Origin: Podarcis vaucheri
Taxonomy: Eukaryota
Assembly: GCA_965113315.1 (NCBI GenBank)
Contig: OZ220374.1
DNA: 64,000 nt
Reading direction: 5' to 3' (one strand)
Made by a program: the position numbers and the translations under genes. Below are positions 37,701 through 50,570 of this stretch, one piece after another. The notes under the pieces are model-generated. The model worked only from the letters and a program-made list of their open reading frames with translations, had not been told where the DNA came from and made no database searches. The first letter of the stretch is position 1; each line of letters starts with the position of its first letter.

Positions 37701-40594
37701 AAATCAAAGCGCTCCAAAACTCCAGTTAAACAGGTATTTCAAAATGGTGTTTAGATGCTTCCTCATGTTCAGCCTAGCTGGGATCAACAACAGTCAGATG
37801 GATGTAACCCAGGTAGAGGGTTTAAGGGGAATTTGTGCAGATGTGGAAAACTACATGTCTCACCAGTTGACCAAAATCAGCATATCAGCCCTGGAGTCTT
37901 AAGAATTGGCTATGGCCAGCTATGCAGTTCTTCTGAGGTTAATGACTTGAGTGCATTTATACAAGCATTAATCACAGATCATTTTTAGCTATGGTGTCTT
38001 ATTAGCATCGTAAGGACATTTTATCAGTGCAACAAGCAGACGTTTGGGAACAAACGTTTCAGATTCTTGATATCTGAGCTTTTTTTCACTATTTCACTGG
38101 TACAGTCCCAATAATTTCAGTGAAACTAGATAGTCAGTGTTGATAAGTGAATAAGTCCACATAATAAAGGGGTAGTATTTTGACCTGTCAGGGGGGGACA
38201 AGACCCTAAAACCCAGAACTGCAATTACATCCATTACTGGAAAAGATCATTAAAACTCCCCCACTGATGAATGGCTATAATGAACATAGTGTGTTTGAAT
38301 AAGGCTTTTTGTTCCCAGAGAGCTATTGTTAGCATTATGACAAGGTGAATATGGAAATAGCCCATCATAGTTACTGTATGCTAAGGTTGAATAAATGAGC
38401 CATGCTCAATTGCTACTGAATAGACTTCTGACCTTTGGAACAAACTGTAAACACTGACAATGATGAGGCAAACCAAGTGAACTGAATAAAGAAAAATAAT
38501 TTTTAAAAAACTATTATAGTAGATTCTGTCCTAGTGAGAATCTTACTTTCCATTTGAGGCCAACACAACGTGTAGTTTTAAAGATGTTCCAGTTAATTCT
38601 GCCAACGTACATATGTTCCACTGTTTTGAAGTTTATATATTTCAGTGAATATGTATCAGTTTTACCACACATATTAAACATTTACCTTTAATAACCTAAG
38701 GTGTGTTTTTTTGTCTGAACTGGTAACATGGATTCATTCAACTTCTCAGTTTTTCATAACCTGAAAACTACAGGTTATATGAAAAATCTGCTCTGCATTA
38801 AGTAAAAAAACCAAATATTTATTTTGGTTGGCTCAGATGGTTTGTGGCTAAGGGTCATTGCCCTGTAATCCAAGTGTGTTTTCATGGCTGTTAATGGAGG
38901 CTGCCACATGGAACGCTTTGCATTTTTACAAATAATTCCAGAAATTAGGTGTCCTTTTAGTGGTCAGGTCACTTATAACAGGTTGTGCCAAAGACTTATT
39001 CAAAGAATGCTAACATCCTGAACCCAAGGGGTTTGGACCTGATTTGACTTGCTCAAAGTAAGAGGATAGTATACAAAACCAGGGGAAATCAAGAAGGATT
39101 TGATCAAATGTTTGATCAATCTGTTTCTTTTGGGTGATTTAAAATAGATGAGACTGGAGGGATGTGAAAATGTGAATCTAGGCCAAAACAAAGAAAAGCT
39201 GGTAAGAACTCATGGATGTGTGGGTGGGTTTGTTTGTTTTGTGAGCACAGTGGGTAAACAACAACAACAAAACAAACCCCAGGAGTCTGTGTTGTAAGAT
39301 ATGAATTATAAAGAGAAACTTGCTGTTCAGGCATGTTAAGTGTTCAAGGTAGATGTACAAACAAGCTCAATGTCATAAAACTAGAATATTAAACTATTAA
39401 CAGGGCCATTGTAACCGCTTTGCAGGCATAAATGCAGCAAAAATGTGTAGGATCGAAAAGTAAGAAAACTAAATTTCATTTTTTTGTTAAATTACCCTTT
39501 CATCACATCATTTTGACTCATGCCTGTCAGCTCAGGCAATAGTCACAGGGCTGAATAATATCAATCTAGCTCTTTAGAGCTCAACCAGTCATATAAAATG
39601 AAGCACATCTAAACTTTGCATGCATTGATAAATGTCACTTAACGAGACTAATCTCAGCATGTAATGTATGCATGCAAGTTATTGCAAGGCTGTGCCTTCT
39701 CGCTTATTAAGATCTACAAGCTACTCCAGTTGTTTTACAAATGCTACCATCCCACCAGTTCTTTTAAATCTAGCTTTCCAGTTGACTGTTTATGTTTCAC
39801 GATGTGATTAAACAGAGAGCCAATTATCTATAGAAAAATTAATAATCAGTGTACATGGGCCACCCTATTCAATGAGTCATGCTAGAAATAAGTAATATTT
39901 TCAGGACTAAAAGGTGAATTGTCCCTAATTAGAGCTAAGTAATGTTACTGTTTTTGTGTGTGGAATGTTACCGTGTCCTCTAGATCTACCCTAATTAAAA
40001 CAACATTCCAAAGGTCAAAAGCTAACTTGCATTAATAAATTATAAAGGCTCATAATTGCAGCTAGTGCATTATTTTAATTGGTAATAAATTCATTCTTTG
40101 GAAGCTGGCATCATGACCATTACAGAAAAAAGCAAAAGGCCTGCAGTGCTTGCCTTATAGCACATGAATCTCTTTATTTGAGTCTTTTGTTCTAATATCC
40201 AACTAGGAGAGTATATGGACAGTATGAAACTGCACCTCCACATTATGCGATTGCCTACTTGTTGCAAAGACAAAAGTTCCATTTAGGCACATAACCCAAG
40301 ATGATGGAACTTTGCAGTTAAAAGCAAATTTCAAAGTCTGGCATTATCAGCGCCTGTAGATAAATACCAAGGATTTCTAACGGCATTTTCCTCTATTGAG
40401 TCTGTAGCCCTAAGAACGTATTGTTGAAAAGCTCTAGGGAATAATATTGTCTTTTAACAACTACATTTTGAGGACTGAGTTCCTAGACTCACTCATCTAC
40501 ATGTAATTTTTGCACGCTTGTTATTTTTCTATGATACTGAACATTCGTTAGGATATTCCATATAATCTGAATTATTTGTGACAATAGAAAAAGT

Positions 40595-40992
40595 CATGCA
40601 ACTATTGAAATATTATTTTTCCCATGCACTGTGATTGGCAGCTATGTAATTGTGGTAAGCTGCTTTGACCAAGGTTTCTATGGCAACCACCCTACAGTCA
40701 ATTCTTACCTGTTTTCTGGTCATCCATTGTACTGAGCTTAGTCTCGTCAGCTACTGTTAAAAGGTAAATGTATAACGGTTAGCCCTGTTAGTGCCCACAT
40801 CCCACATGCATCCACTGTTTATATTCTCTTTAAAGTTAGAGGTCACTGGAAACATCATTCTTCATGCACATAAGCAATGTTATGCAGACTATCTCGATGG
40901 CACAAAATAACGCCCGACAACAAACCTAGTAACCATCATGCGTTATGTCAGTCATTTCCATGTCACAGCCAAAAACAATGTTATTCACATGC
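40595..40992 (-). promoter_or_regulatory. Splicing-regulatory cluster around the 45-nt exon (RBFOX UGCAUG x4, GCAUG x2, QKI/branch-point ACUAAC..CUAAC)
   Basis: Plus-strand catgca at 40595, 40623, 40805 and 40863; catgc at 40937 and 40988; gttagt at 40787-40792 with a second gttag at about 40778-40782. Confidence 0.7.
40709..40753 (-). CDS. PARD3: PARD3 45-nt symmetric (phase 1-1) small exon: (V)ADETKLSTMDDQKT(G)
   Basis: Matches mammalian ADETKLNTVDDQKAG as recalled. Acceptor ...ttttaacag (40755-40754); donor CAG|GTAAGA (40708). Confidence 0.93.
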
Positions 40993-41816
40993 TAGCATAC
41001 ACAACTAGCAGAGACAAGTTGCCACACATGTCTGAATGCAGTGATCTGAGTTTTTAAAGCCCCGCTGGCTCTTCTAAAAGCAATATGTATTTGCATACAT
41101 TAAAATTTCTTCTACTTAAAAGAAAGCCATAAAAGGCTTGGTTAGAAATGCTTGAGACATATGATTATAACAATTAACAGGAGGCAAGGTGGACAAACGA
41201 ATTTTCTTTGCCTTCATTTAACAATATCTCTGCAGGACTACAAGGTTCATGGAACTCCCTTACTTACAGAAATATTAACCCTTCTGAGAATTCATACATC
41301 ATACAAATAAAATGGGGATGGCACTTTATTATATGCTACCCACAAGCGAGCATTTATAAAATGTTCTCAGATTCTAGAATATAGTTCCTTACATGATCCA
41401 CTCCCACAACTGCTGATTAAATACGAAAATAATGCTGTTTATATGTATCCCATTACTGATTAAATGGTATCCTGTTTTGATTTTCTAAAGAGCAGGTATC
41501 TTGCTACTAGTAACTTGTGCTTCAGTGAGAGTTGCTACGTATCAAATTTTATCACTCACGGCATGTTATCAGCTTTCCACAATGAAGAGTACTGTGGCAC
41601 CATAAAAAGGTCATCGAATTCATCAAGTGATTGCATAAGTGGATGAATATACAAATATCATGAGAAGGGATTTGGGGTGGGGGGAAATTTCCACACCATA
41701 AATCTTTGGTCAGGACCATTCCATGCAGCAGGTTTATTTTCTAGACAATACAGTGAAAGTATGCATATAAACACCAACTTAGACAGATACAAACTGGCAG
41801 CTGCACATGACAATAT

Positions 41817-41821
<5 letters not shown>

Positions 41822-41885
<64 letters not shown>
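41822..41885 (+). repeat. Compound (TC)n(AC)n microsatellite
   Basis: Directly visible run. Confidence 0.95.
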
Positions 41886-41889
<4 letters not shown>

Positions 41890-42218
41890 TTCCATATATC
41901 CTCAGAACTTAGTGATTAAGCAGTCTACAAATCTTACTAAAATAAATAAAATAAGAAGCAGATTGGCCAGGTAGTCATAAGACACATAACAGGTCTAGCA
42001 GAGGGAGTACAAACACACAACGTCCTCACAGGACCCATACTTGCTTACGGACTACAAACTGAAGCAGCTCCTTAAGATCAGTGAATGAAACGGATACAAG
42101 CCACCATCTCCATATTGGCCAATGTTGTAATTCCTGCAACATCTGACATTTGCAAACCTAGATCTCAAAGGAGACTGGGAATAGCTACTTCACTACAGAA
42201 ACTAATAATCTCTCTTTA

Positions 42219-42548
42219 AAGGTAAAGGGACCCCTGACCATTAGGTCCAGTTGTGACCGACTCTGGGGTTGCGGCACTCATCTCGCTTTACTGGCCGAGG
42301 GAGCCGGTGTACAGCTTCCAGGTCATGTGGCTAACATGACTAAGCTGCTTCTGGCGAACCAGAGCAGCGCACGGAAACGCCGTTTACCTTCCCGCCAGAG
42401 CAGTACCTATTTATCTACTTGCACTTTGATGTGCTTTCGAACTGCTAGGTTGGCAGGAGCTCACCCCGTTGTGGGGATTTGAACCGCCAACCTTCTGATC
42501 GGCAAGTCCTAGGCTCTGTGGTTTAACCCACAGTGCCACCTGCGTCCC
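42219..42548 (-). mobile_element. Full-length Sauria SINE
   Basis: Starts GGGACGCAGGTGGCACTGTGGGTTAAACCACAGAGCC on the minus strand and ends GGGGTCCCTTTACCTTT. 12-bp TSD aatctctcttta at 42207-42218 and 42549-42560. Confidence 0.96.
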
Positions 42549-43259
42549 AATCTCTCTTTACGTGTTTATTTATACTATCCAACACTAGCAACCACTAGAT
42601 GATAATCTATTCTGATTGGATCATACATTAATTTGTTATCTGCATAGCAACTGACACCTCTGCCATTGTCTCCTGTATTGATTGGCGTTTCGTCAGCACT
42701 TTCGAAAATATGTCTTGTAGTAACTCCTGAACACCTTATCTGACCTTGTCAGTGTATCTATTCAATTCTCTAGGTGAGCATTATAGTTTGCAAAATGCTC
42801 AAGGTAAATCCTGCAGGTGTCCATTCCTTTCTGAAGGATTAGAGCAAAAAACAATGGTTGAGCTTGGCTGTTGACAATGGATCATGCTCTGGGTGACAGC
42901 TGAACATGCATATAAGCATGTATACTTTGTAAGTTGGTGTTTGTATACATAGTGGCATGGTGGAGCACAACTGGTCACATGGCATGATCCACATATTGGT
43001 TGATAGGGTGGTCAAATTCATTGAACACAGTCTTTAGGTATGCACTACTCACCTTACTAGGCCTATTCACCATGAGGGCCCTCTAGTCAGGAATGGATCA
43101 TAGCCATTCTTGTCTTCACCCAACTGAATATTATATTTAATTGTGCTCTGCATAGTAATTTGACAAACCAGCTACTGCATCTTTCATGTCTTGGCATTTT
43201 TGGCTTTCTGAATCCACCCCCCCTTCCAGTTTCCATGGTTTTAATATCAATCCACTTAT

Positions 43260-43400
43260 GTGCCACTTCATGCTGTTGAGGAAATGAACTCTGGCTCAGA
43301 AAACTTGCATCACAATAAATTCTTCAGTCTTTAAAAGGCCATAAGGCTCTTCATTGTTATTGTTGCAGCAGACTACCATGCTGACCGCTCTTGAATTTGT
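43260..43400 (+). mobile_element. Penelope-like element terminal fragment
   Basis: aataaa..agtctttaaaaggccataaggctctt..gttgcagcagactaccatgctgacc.ctcttgaa resembles the reptile Penelope terminus as recalled. Confidence 0.55.
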
Positions 43401-44138
43401 CAGTGTAAAAAAATATCGTTATATGATGCCCCTCAGGATGCAATCCTACACATTGCTTTTTTCTGGAGTAATCAAGATCAGTTTGAGGATGCCAAACCGG
43501 AAAAGTTTTCTTTCTTTTATTTCTACAACGCAAAGCCCCACTGATGTTTGAATATGGATCTGAGACCTTGTGGTGAAACCAGGACTTAGGCTAGACCATG
43601 AAATGGAGTCCAGAGTGCACAGGACCAGATCCCATTGACCAGATCCCTAGGCCTGGAAAAGCCAGAGGCTTTATATTGTTTGCCAATTGCAGGAGCTGAT
43701 GTTGTAGGTTGGAGTTATGTTACAATCATTCCTAAGTACAAGGCCTTATCAGCGCCAAAACTGAACAGACGTTAGTTGTTTAGGAATTATTTTAAAATGC
43801 AAACTTGAATTATTTGGCTTTTCTGTCTCCTGAAAAGTACCTCATCATATGCGCTCACACATTCACGTATCCTGAACCATTGTATATAACATGCATCTGC
43901 ATAAGCATAATGTTTGAAATATATAAACATTTAAATTGCATAGACACACATAATGCTCTAGGATCAGACCATATTACGACTTCTTCATGCCACATATTGA
44001 ATCCAGCTGCACGGACAAATCAAATGTTTGGCATAACAAATAATATAACTGCAACACGAAAAACAAACAGTATAATTGCAACCTGAAGAAACATGTTGAA
44101 ATACAACACGGGGGGAGGGGTAAAAAAGAAAGAAGTCA

Positions 44139-44318
<180 letters not shown>

Positions 44319-47300
44319 TTAAAGCATACAAGCACACACCTATCATAGTTGTGTAATAAAATGTTTACGTAAAATATGAACCAGCAACAATTTTTGAAAA
44401 ATGGCAACTTATAATGTTCCATATCATTAAAAAAAAAATCAAGTGTCAAGCATATTTGCAATGGGATTCTATGGAAAGAACAGCTGGGAAATCTACTTCA
44501 AGCATCCTCCACACTATGTGGTCCAAGTTTCCACAGGGGCATTCATGCTGTGGAAATAAATAACTATGTACGTAACTCTGGAAGATTCATGTGAATGGCC
44601 TGCTTCATGTGCATCATTGCAATGTAACTATCACACCCACAGGGGCTGCTCCCAATGAGCAGAAAAGAAAGGTGTGGAATGTAGAAAAGATGAAAAGAAA
44701 GAGAGAGAGGAACGCCCACATTGCTGGGACCCAGAGGGGGAAAATGAGATTTTATTATGTGCAATATACACAATATATCTATAGTCTGATAAAACATAAT
44801 AAATGAAACACTGCAACAAGTTACGAGGACAGTGAATAAGTCAAAATTCAAAGGGCATATTACACAAACAAAAACATTTCTATTTATTTATTTTTTACAA
44901 TGGGGGGTAGCATTGCCCCATCATTCCTAACCACTGGCCATACTGGCCGGGCAGATGGGAGTCTATCCCTGGTTTAATGTTTCGTCCCTTTCTCTTTTTC
45001 TGGTTCCAACAATGCAGCAGTAATTTTTGCAATGAGGAACCACATGAATGGATCATGTTATAAAGCAGCAATGGCCCAGTGCTGTGGGGCCTGGCACTGC
45101 TGGTGTGGGATCATCATGGTTTTGAGTCCTGGAAGACCTGCTCCCTGCCTTGCAGGCCTTTTTCCATCTGATGTGAGAGGGTGCTGCCCTGACTGACTCT
45201 AGCTCCAAAAGCTGAGGCTGCTGAACAAACTCTTAGGTTGGAGTTTTGTTTTTTTGTTGGAGTGGGAGTTGTTGCTGTTATTGATATAAATTTTTGATAT
45301 TTTCAGATCTTATTGTGATTACTGTACTGCATTTTGGTTGTGTTTTATTTATTGATGATGGATACTGTTGTTATATTTGTAATTATGTATTTTTTTCATG
45401 TTATCAGCCACCTTTAGCATGGCTTTAACTATGGAAAGATGACATACAAATAAAATGATGTATGTATGTAACTTTGTGTTCTTCTCTCCTAAATCATTAC
45501 TCTACATCAGTATGCAGCACAAGGATGAGATCACGCTCATGTAGCCATCTTGCCTAAGCTGTATGTATTAATCAGATATTGGTTTAAAATTAAATTTCTC
45601 CCCTTCTAAATAGGTAGGTGAAACACAATAATCAAATGCAGCATCTATTGCACTCTTCACGGAACTGTGGCCAAAGAGGAAGTGGAACAAATGAAGGAGT
45701 AATTGGTATCAAGAGACCTACAGTATTTGGTTTGCTGGAGGAGCCTTGGACAAGTCTATCCACCAGCAAAATAAAAATGGGTTTGTAAAAAACCCCATAT
45801 ATGGTTGTTAGAGGAAAAAGTGGGATATAAATATGGTTGGTTTGCTTATTATCAAACTCCCATCCCACCCTTCCTCCATATTGCTCAGGATGGCTTATAG
45901 GGGTCTGTGCCATTCCTTTTTTAAAATCCTCACAGCCACCCTATGTGAGGAATTCAACAGGCTGGGCTTAGAGAGAGTGACTGGATAAAGGTTGTGTTTT
46001 TAATTATTCAATCATATCTGCTGCTGAGATAGTTAAAAAACAAACTTGGCAGCCTCCCAGGTCTTTTATTTGTGACTATGCATGCGTAATTAAAAATTAC
46101 TCCTGGATTCAATCATCTTTTATTTTCTAGCTATAATCTACAGCAACACACCAGAAAAAACAATGTAACAACCAAGATTTAGCAGTATCTGCAAAATAAA
46201 AAGTTTTTTTTAAAAAAAATGTTAACAAGCAAAACCAATAGATTTTTCCATATTTGAACCATATTATGTTCTTTTTTCTGCTCTCTTGGAGGCGAGGCAG
46301 CGACCATTTTGTGTTAGGGCACCCTCATGGTGGCAGCTTTTTGAGTTAGGCTACACTCTTGAAAGCAGCACCTTCTCAAAATTTCCAATGTGCCATCAGA
46401 CCCAAAAGGTTGGCAACCACTGTATTACACAGTGGTACAGTGAAACTGTAGTGAAACTGTTTCCACTATGCAAAGTAATCTGGACTTTATAAATAATTAT
46501 TCAGTTATCTATTTCCAAACTAATAAAATATTCAATGCTTTGTTTATCACAGATGTTACACAATGAATTTTATGCCCAGGATACAGTGAAAATGTAATAC
46601 ACAACTGATGAGAAGTAGTGTATTTTATCAAGCAAAACACACCTCAAATGGTAACAATTTGAACAGAGGTTTGTTGCAGGAACTATAAAAGCACAAAAGT
46701 CAGTGAGTATAGCTAAGTAAAATAGCCAAATAGTGGTTCTTAATATTTCAAATTGATGCTAAAGTCACTTTCTGTCTATTATTATTGTAATTTATAAAAC
46801 CAACAAGCAGCAAAGCGTATTATAACAACTAAAGCTTCTGGAACGACAGTTGACTCTTTAAAGAATGTAACCGTATTGTGACCCTCAATGTTATTAAAAT
46901 TCCACTTATTAATCCTGTCTCATTGTCCCTTTGTTTTCATAACATTTTCATCAAGGATTAGGGAGATATTGTCAGGCTGGAAAAAGCTTACATTTTGTGC
47001 TGTGATTCAGAACAGCTGCCATTCTTGTTTGGATAACCCTTCATCCATATTCTTAACTTCACCCCTTGGTGCCTTGCAGCAAACTCACAGAATACACCTT
47101 TGTTTTACAAGCCTTCCTTTGTCCATTAGCAGCAGGAAATTAATACAAAAATCCACTCAACTGCTGTTTATTTAATTTCACTGGGTTTATTTTTTAACAA
47201 ATATAATGCAATCAACACAAGTAAGACTCCAAACTGATCTGCCCCTTTTCATAATTGCATCTCTGCCTCTGAGAGAAAAGGCATTAAAGGTGGTTCCATA

Positions 47301-48771
47301 AGAAATTTAATGACAGCTAATAGCTCTTCACTCTTTCTTCCTGTGTCAGGGAAATGTGTGAGCAGGAAAATATTCTGCATTCCTAAATGTCAAAGATGTG
47401 TGTGTTTGTTTACATTCTGCTGAGGTTTTCTTGCCATACTCAAGTGGAAAAATCCACGCTGATGCAATCTATTACATGCAATTTTGCATGCTTTTCGTGA
47501 TCCGACCCCCCAACCCCATCACAAATTTTTAGCTTTTAATGTATTTCCCATGTGAATACAATGATGGGTGTTTGCAGGATTGAAATTGCAGTTGTGCCTC
47601 TTTCAAATGGACAGGTTCAACATTCAGAAGGAAAAAACAAAAGTCATCAGCAAAAGACCAAAATAAAGAAGCTGCTTTTAAGACAGAAAATAAATAGTTT
47701 CTTTAGACGGGGTATGAGCAAATGCCACTTAATACTAATCCACACTGATATAGATATAGATAATAAATAGCTGACTTATGCAAATCCAAACAAAGAGATA
47801 CTTGCTGGTGCTAATTCTTATTAAGATATTGCTGACACCGTTATACTATGCCCAGGAGAGTGTGGGACTCAGAAAAATTCTCATACTTCAACCTGCTTGT
47901 GTTAATTATTGCCACCACCCTAGCAGGGGGTTCCACAGAGAGGTCTTTTATTTTGCTTATTGCTGAACATAATTACAAGGCTTACAAATTAATGTCATTC
48001 TCTTGGATTAGTACAGATAGCACTACACAAAAATTATGCAATATTTATCCTGCAGAAGACAGTAAACAACCCAAAGCCAAAGTAACACCTATCCACCGCC
48101 CCTGATATATACACACAATGTCTATCAGTGCAACTTGAAATTTATAGTCCCCAGATTTGCGGATATTTGAGGTGGGGAATGTATGCAACACTAATGTATC
48201 ACAACAAATGAAACTGATCTGTAGAAAACACAACTTGAAAAAGAGACATCACATGTATTTTTGTAAACTACGAAATACTTAATAATAATAATAAACAGAA
48301 CATCACTATGTAGCAAAATGAAAGTAATTGAAGTTTTGAGGATATCACAGAAAATGAGCTCTCTCTCTCTCTTAATCACCTTTTAGCACCCAAAGGTAGA
48401 GGATACCTGGAGAAGGACTTCCAAAGTAGATCTCAGCTTGTGGATGCTACTAACTGCTTTTACAATGCTCCTCACTTTTAGAAGTATATTGTTATGCAGG
48501 GGAGGGGGGCTGTGGTTCAAGATACACAAGCAACTTTGGCAGCCCAGATACAGTTGAGCAGTAACTTAACCTTGGCCAAGTGAAACCTTCTCATAATTCT
48601 CTTCTGCTCTGCTTCCTAGATAGGAACAAGCAACTCAGAAAGAGGGCTGGGAAGTCTTCTTTCAATGATAAGCCTATAATTCTGCTCCTCTCTGTGTTGA
48701 AAAATGCAGGTGTGAAAAGCACATGAACTGTTGATAAGTAGAAGTAATGGTTTGTGTGGACATGGGCCTTA

Positions 48772-49023
<252 letters not shown>

Positions 49024-50362
49024 CTATTTGTCACAATTTACAAAGCAATTTACAAACCAAGAGCCATAAGGCATCTTCAAAAGGAACCTATTTATACTGT
49101 TGCAAGTCTTCGCAGGTTGCAGACTACTTCATCAACAACCTTACCACAACAAGGAACAAAATGCCAGAAATACAGTCTCTTAATCCCTTATTAAAGATTG
49201 GTGGTGGTGGGAGGGTTGGAACTTGGAGAGAGAGAGAGAAAAGTTTGCATAAGACCACTACTGAATTCATAGCAGAGAAAAAAACTGAACCAGGGACTTC
49301 CTCATTCGTAACTCAGTCTCTTAGCCTGCATGCTACAACAGATTTGAGTGCAATTACAAAGATGAACTAAACAGAGATGGGGGAGGAGCTAGATATTAAT
49401 ATGCGAGACACAGACATCATGTTCTCCATAATGGCTTGGTATGTTGAGTGATTGTGCATGCCATGTGAGGAGGCTAAGGACCAGGTTCTGTTTTACTTTA
49501 TGGAAATGGATGAGAAATATATATACCCTCCAGGGGACCATATAAGACTCCCACCATTCTTAACCATTGGGCACTGCTGGGTGGGGCACATGACAACTGG
49601 AGTCTAACAACATATGGAGGTCAAAAGGTTTTCCATCCCTGTTCTATAGACTTCCATCTCTGTAGGGCATGGTGTCTATATGGCAAAGCATCATCTGTAT
49701 TCATTCCATATATATTCATTCAAAGAATAACATTGCTAGCCCTGGTCATTTCAGCTGTGAGAAACGAACAACTTAAAAATAGAGTCAGAGAGAGATCCAA
49801 TTCTTTTTAAAAGTTTTTTTTTGGGGGGTGGAGGGAGGCAGGGAAAGTTAGACGAAAAAGAACTCTACTACACGTAGACCCATCATTGTCAAACTGAAAT
49901 GAATGTGTTCAAGTTTGCATAGCAGCTAATTCTTTGCCCAGCAAAAGCTTCTTTGATGGACAGGTTAATGTTGAGCCTAGTAATGCACTCCTCTCCAAAC
50001 ATAATGCCTACAAGATTGTTAACTCTGTGACTAATAATGTCTCCAAAGAGCTGAATGCGAAACAGTATAACCTTATGGCATTTTTTAGATGAAGCCTCCA
50101 AGGTTGAGAGGCAAAAGCAATTCAGTGGCATGTCTAAGTTTTCTCTGCACTTCTTAATATTTCAGCAAGAATGAATGATGACATTTTAGTAGTTGCACTG
50201 AAATGTAAAAGAAAATACATTTATTTTACTGCAGGTGTGTGGGAGAGGAATGGGAGAGAGAAGCAGATGACCCTTCAGATTTATGCCAGACACAATGCAC
50301 CAATGAAAAAAAATGGCTATTATTTCTAACTAGTAACATGCTGCATCAACAGTGCAAAGACC

Positions 50363-50570
50363 ATGAGAAGTAATGGTACTACTCTATCCTGTTTTGTTCA
50401 TACTTCATCTGGAGTCCTTTGCTGGAAACCACAGTGTAAGAAGGATATTGACAAACTGGAATGTGTCCAGAGGAGATTGGGAAAACAAAGTTCTGAGTTG
50501 GGTATGTCTAACCTGCAGAAGGAAGAGATCATTAAGATGCTATATGATATTCATCTTCAAATAGATGATG
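50363..50570 (+). mobile_element. Degenerate CR1 ORF2 fragment
   Basis: Translation includes ..KKDIDKLECVQRR.., typical of CR1 RT C-terminal regions. Confidence 0.7.
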
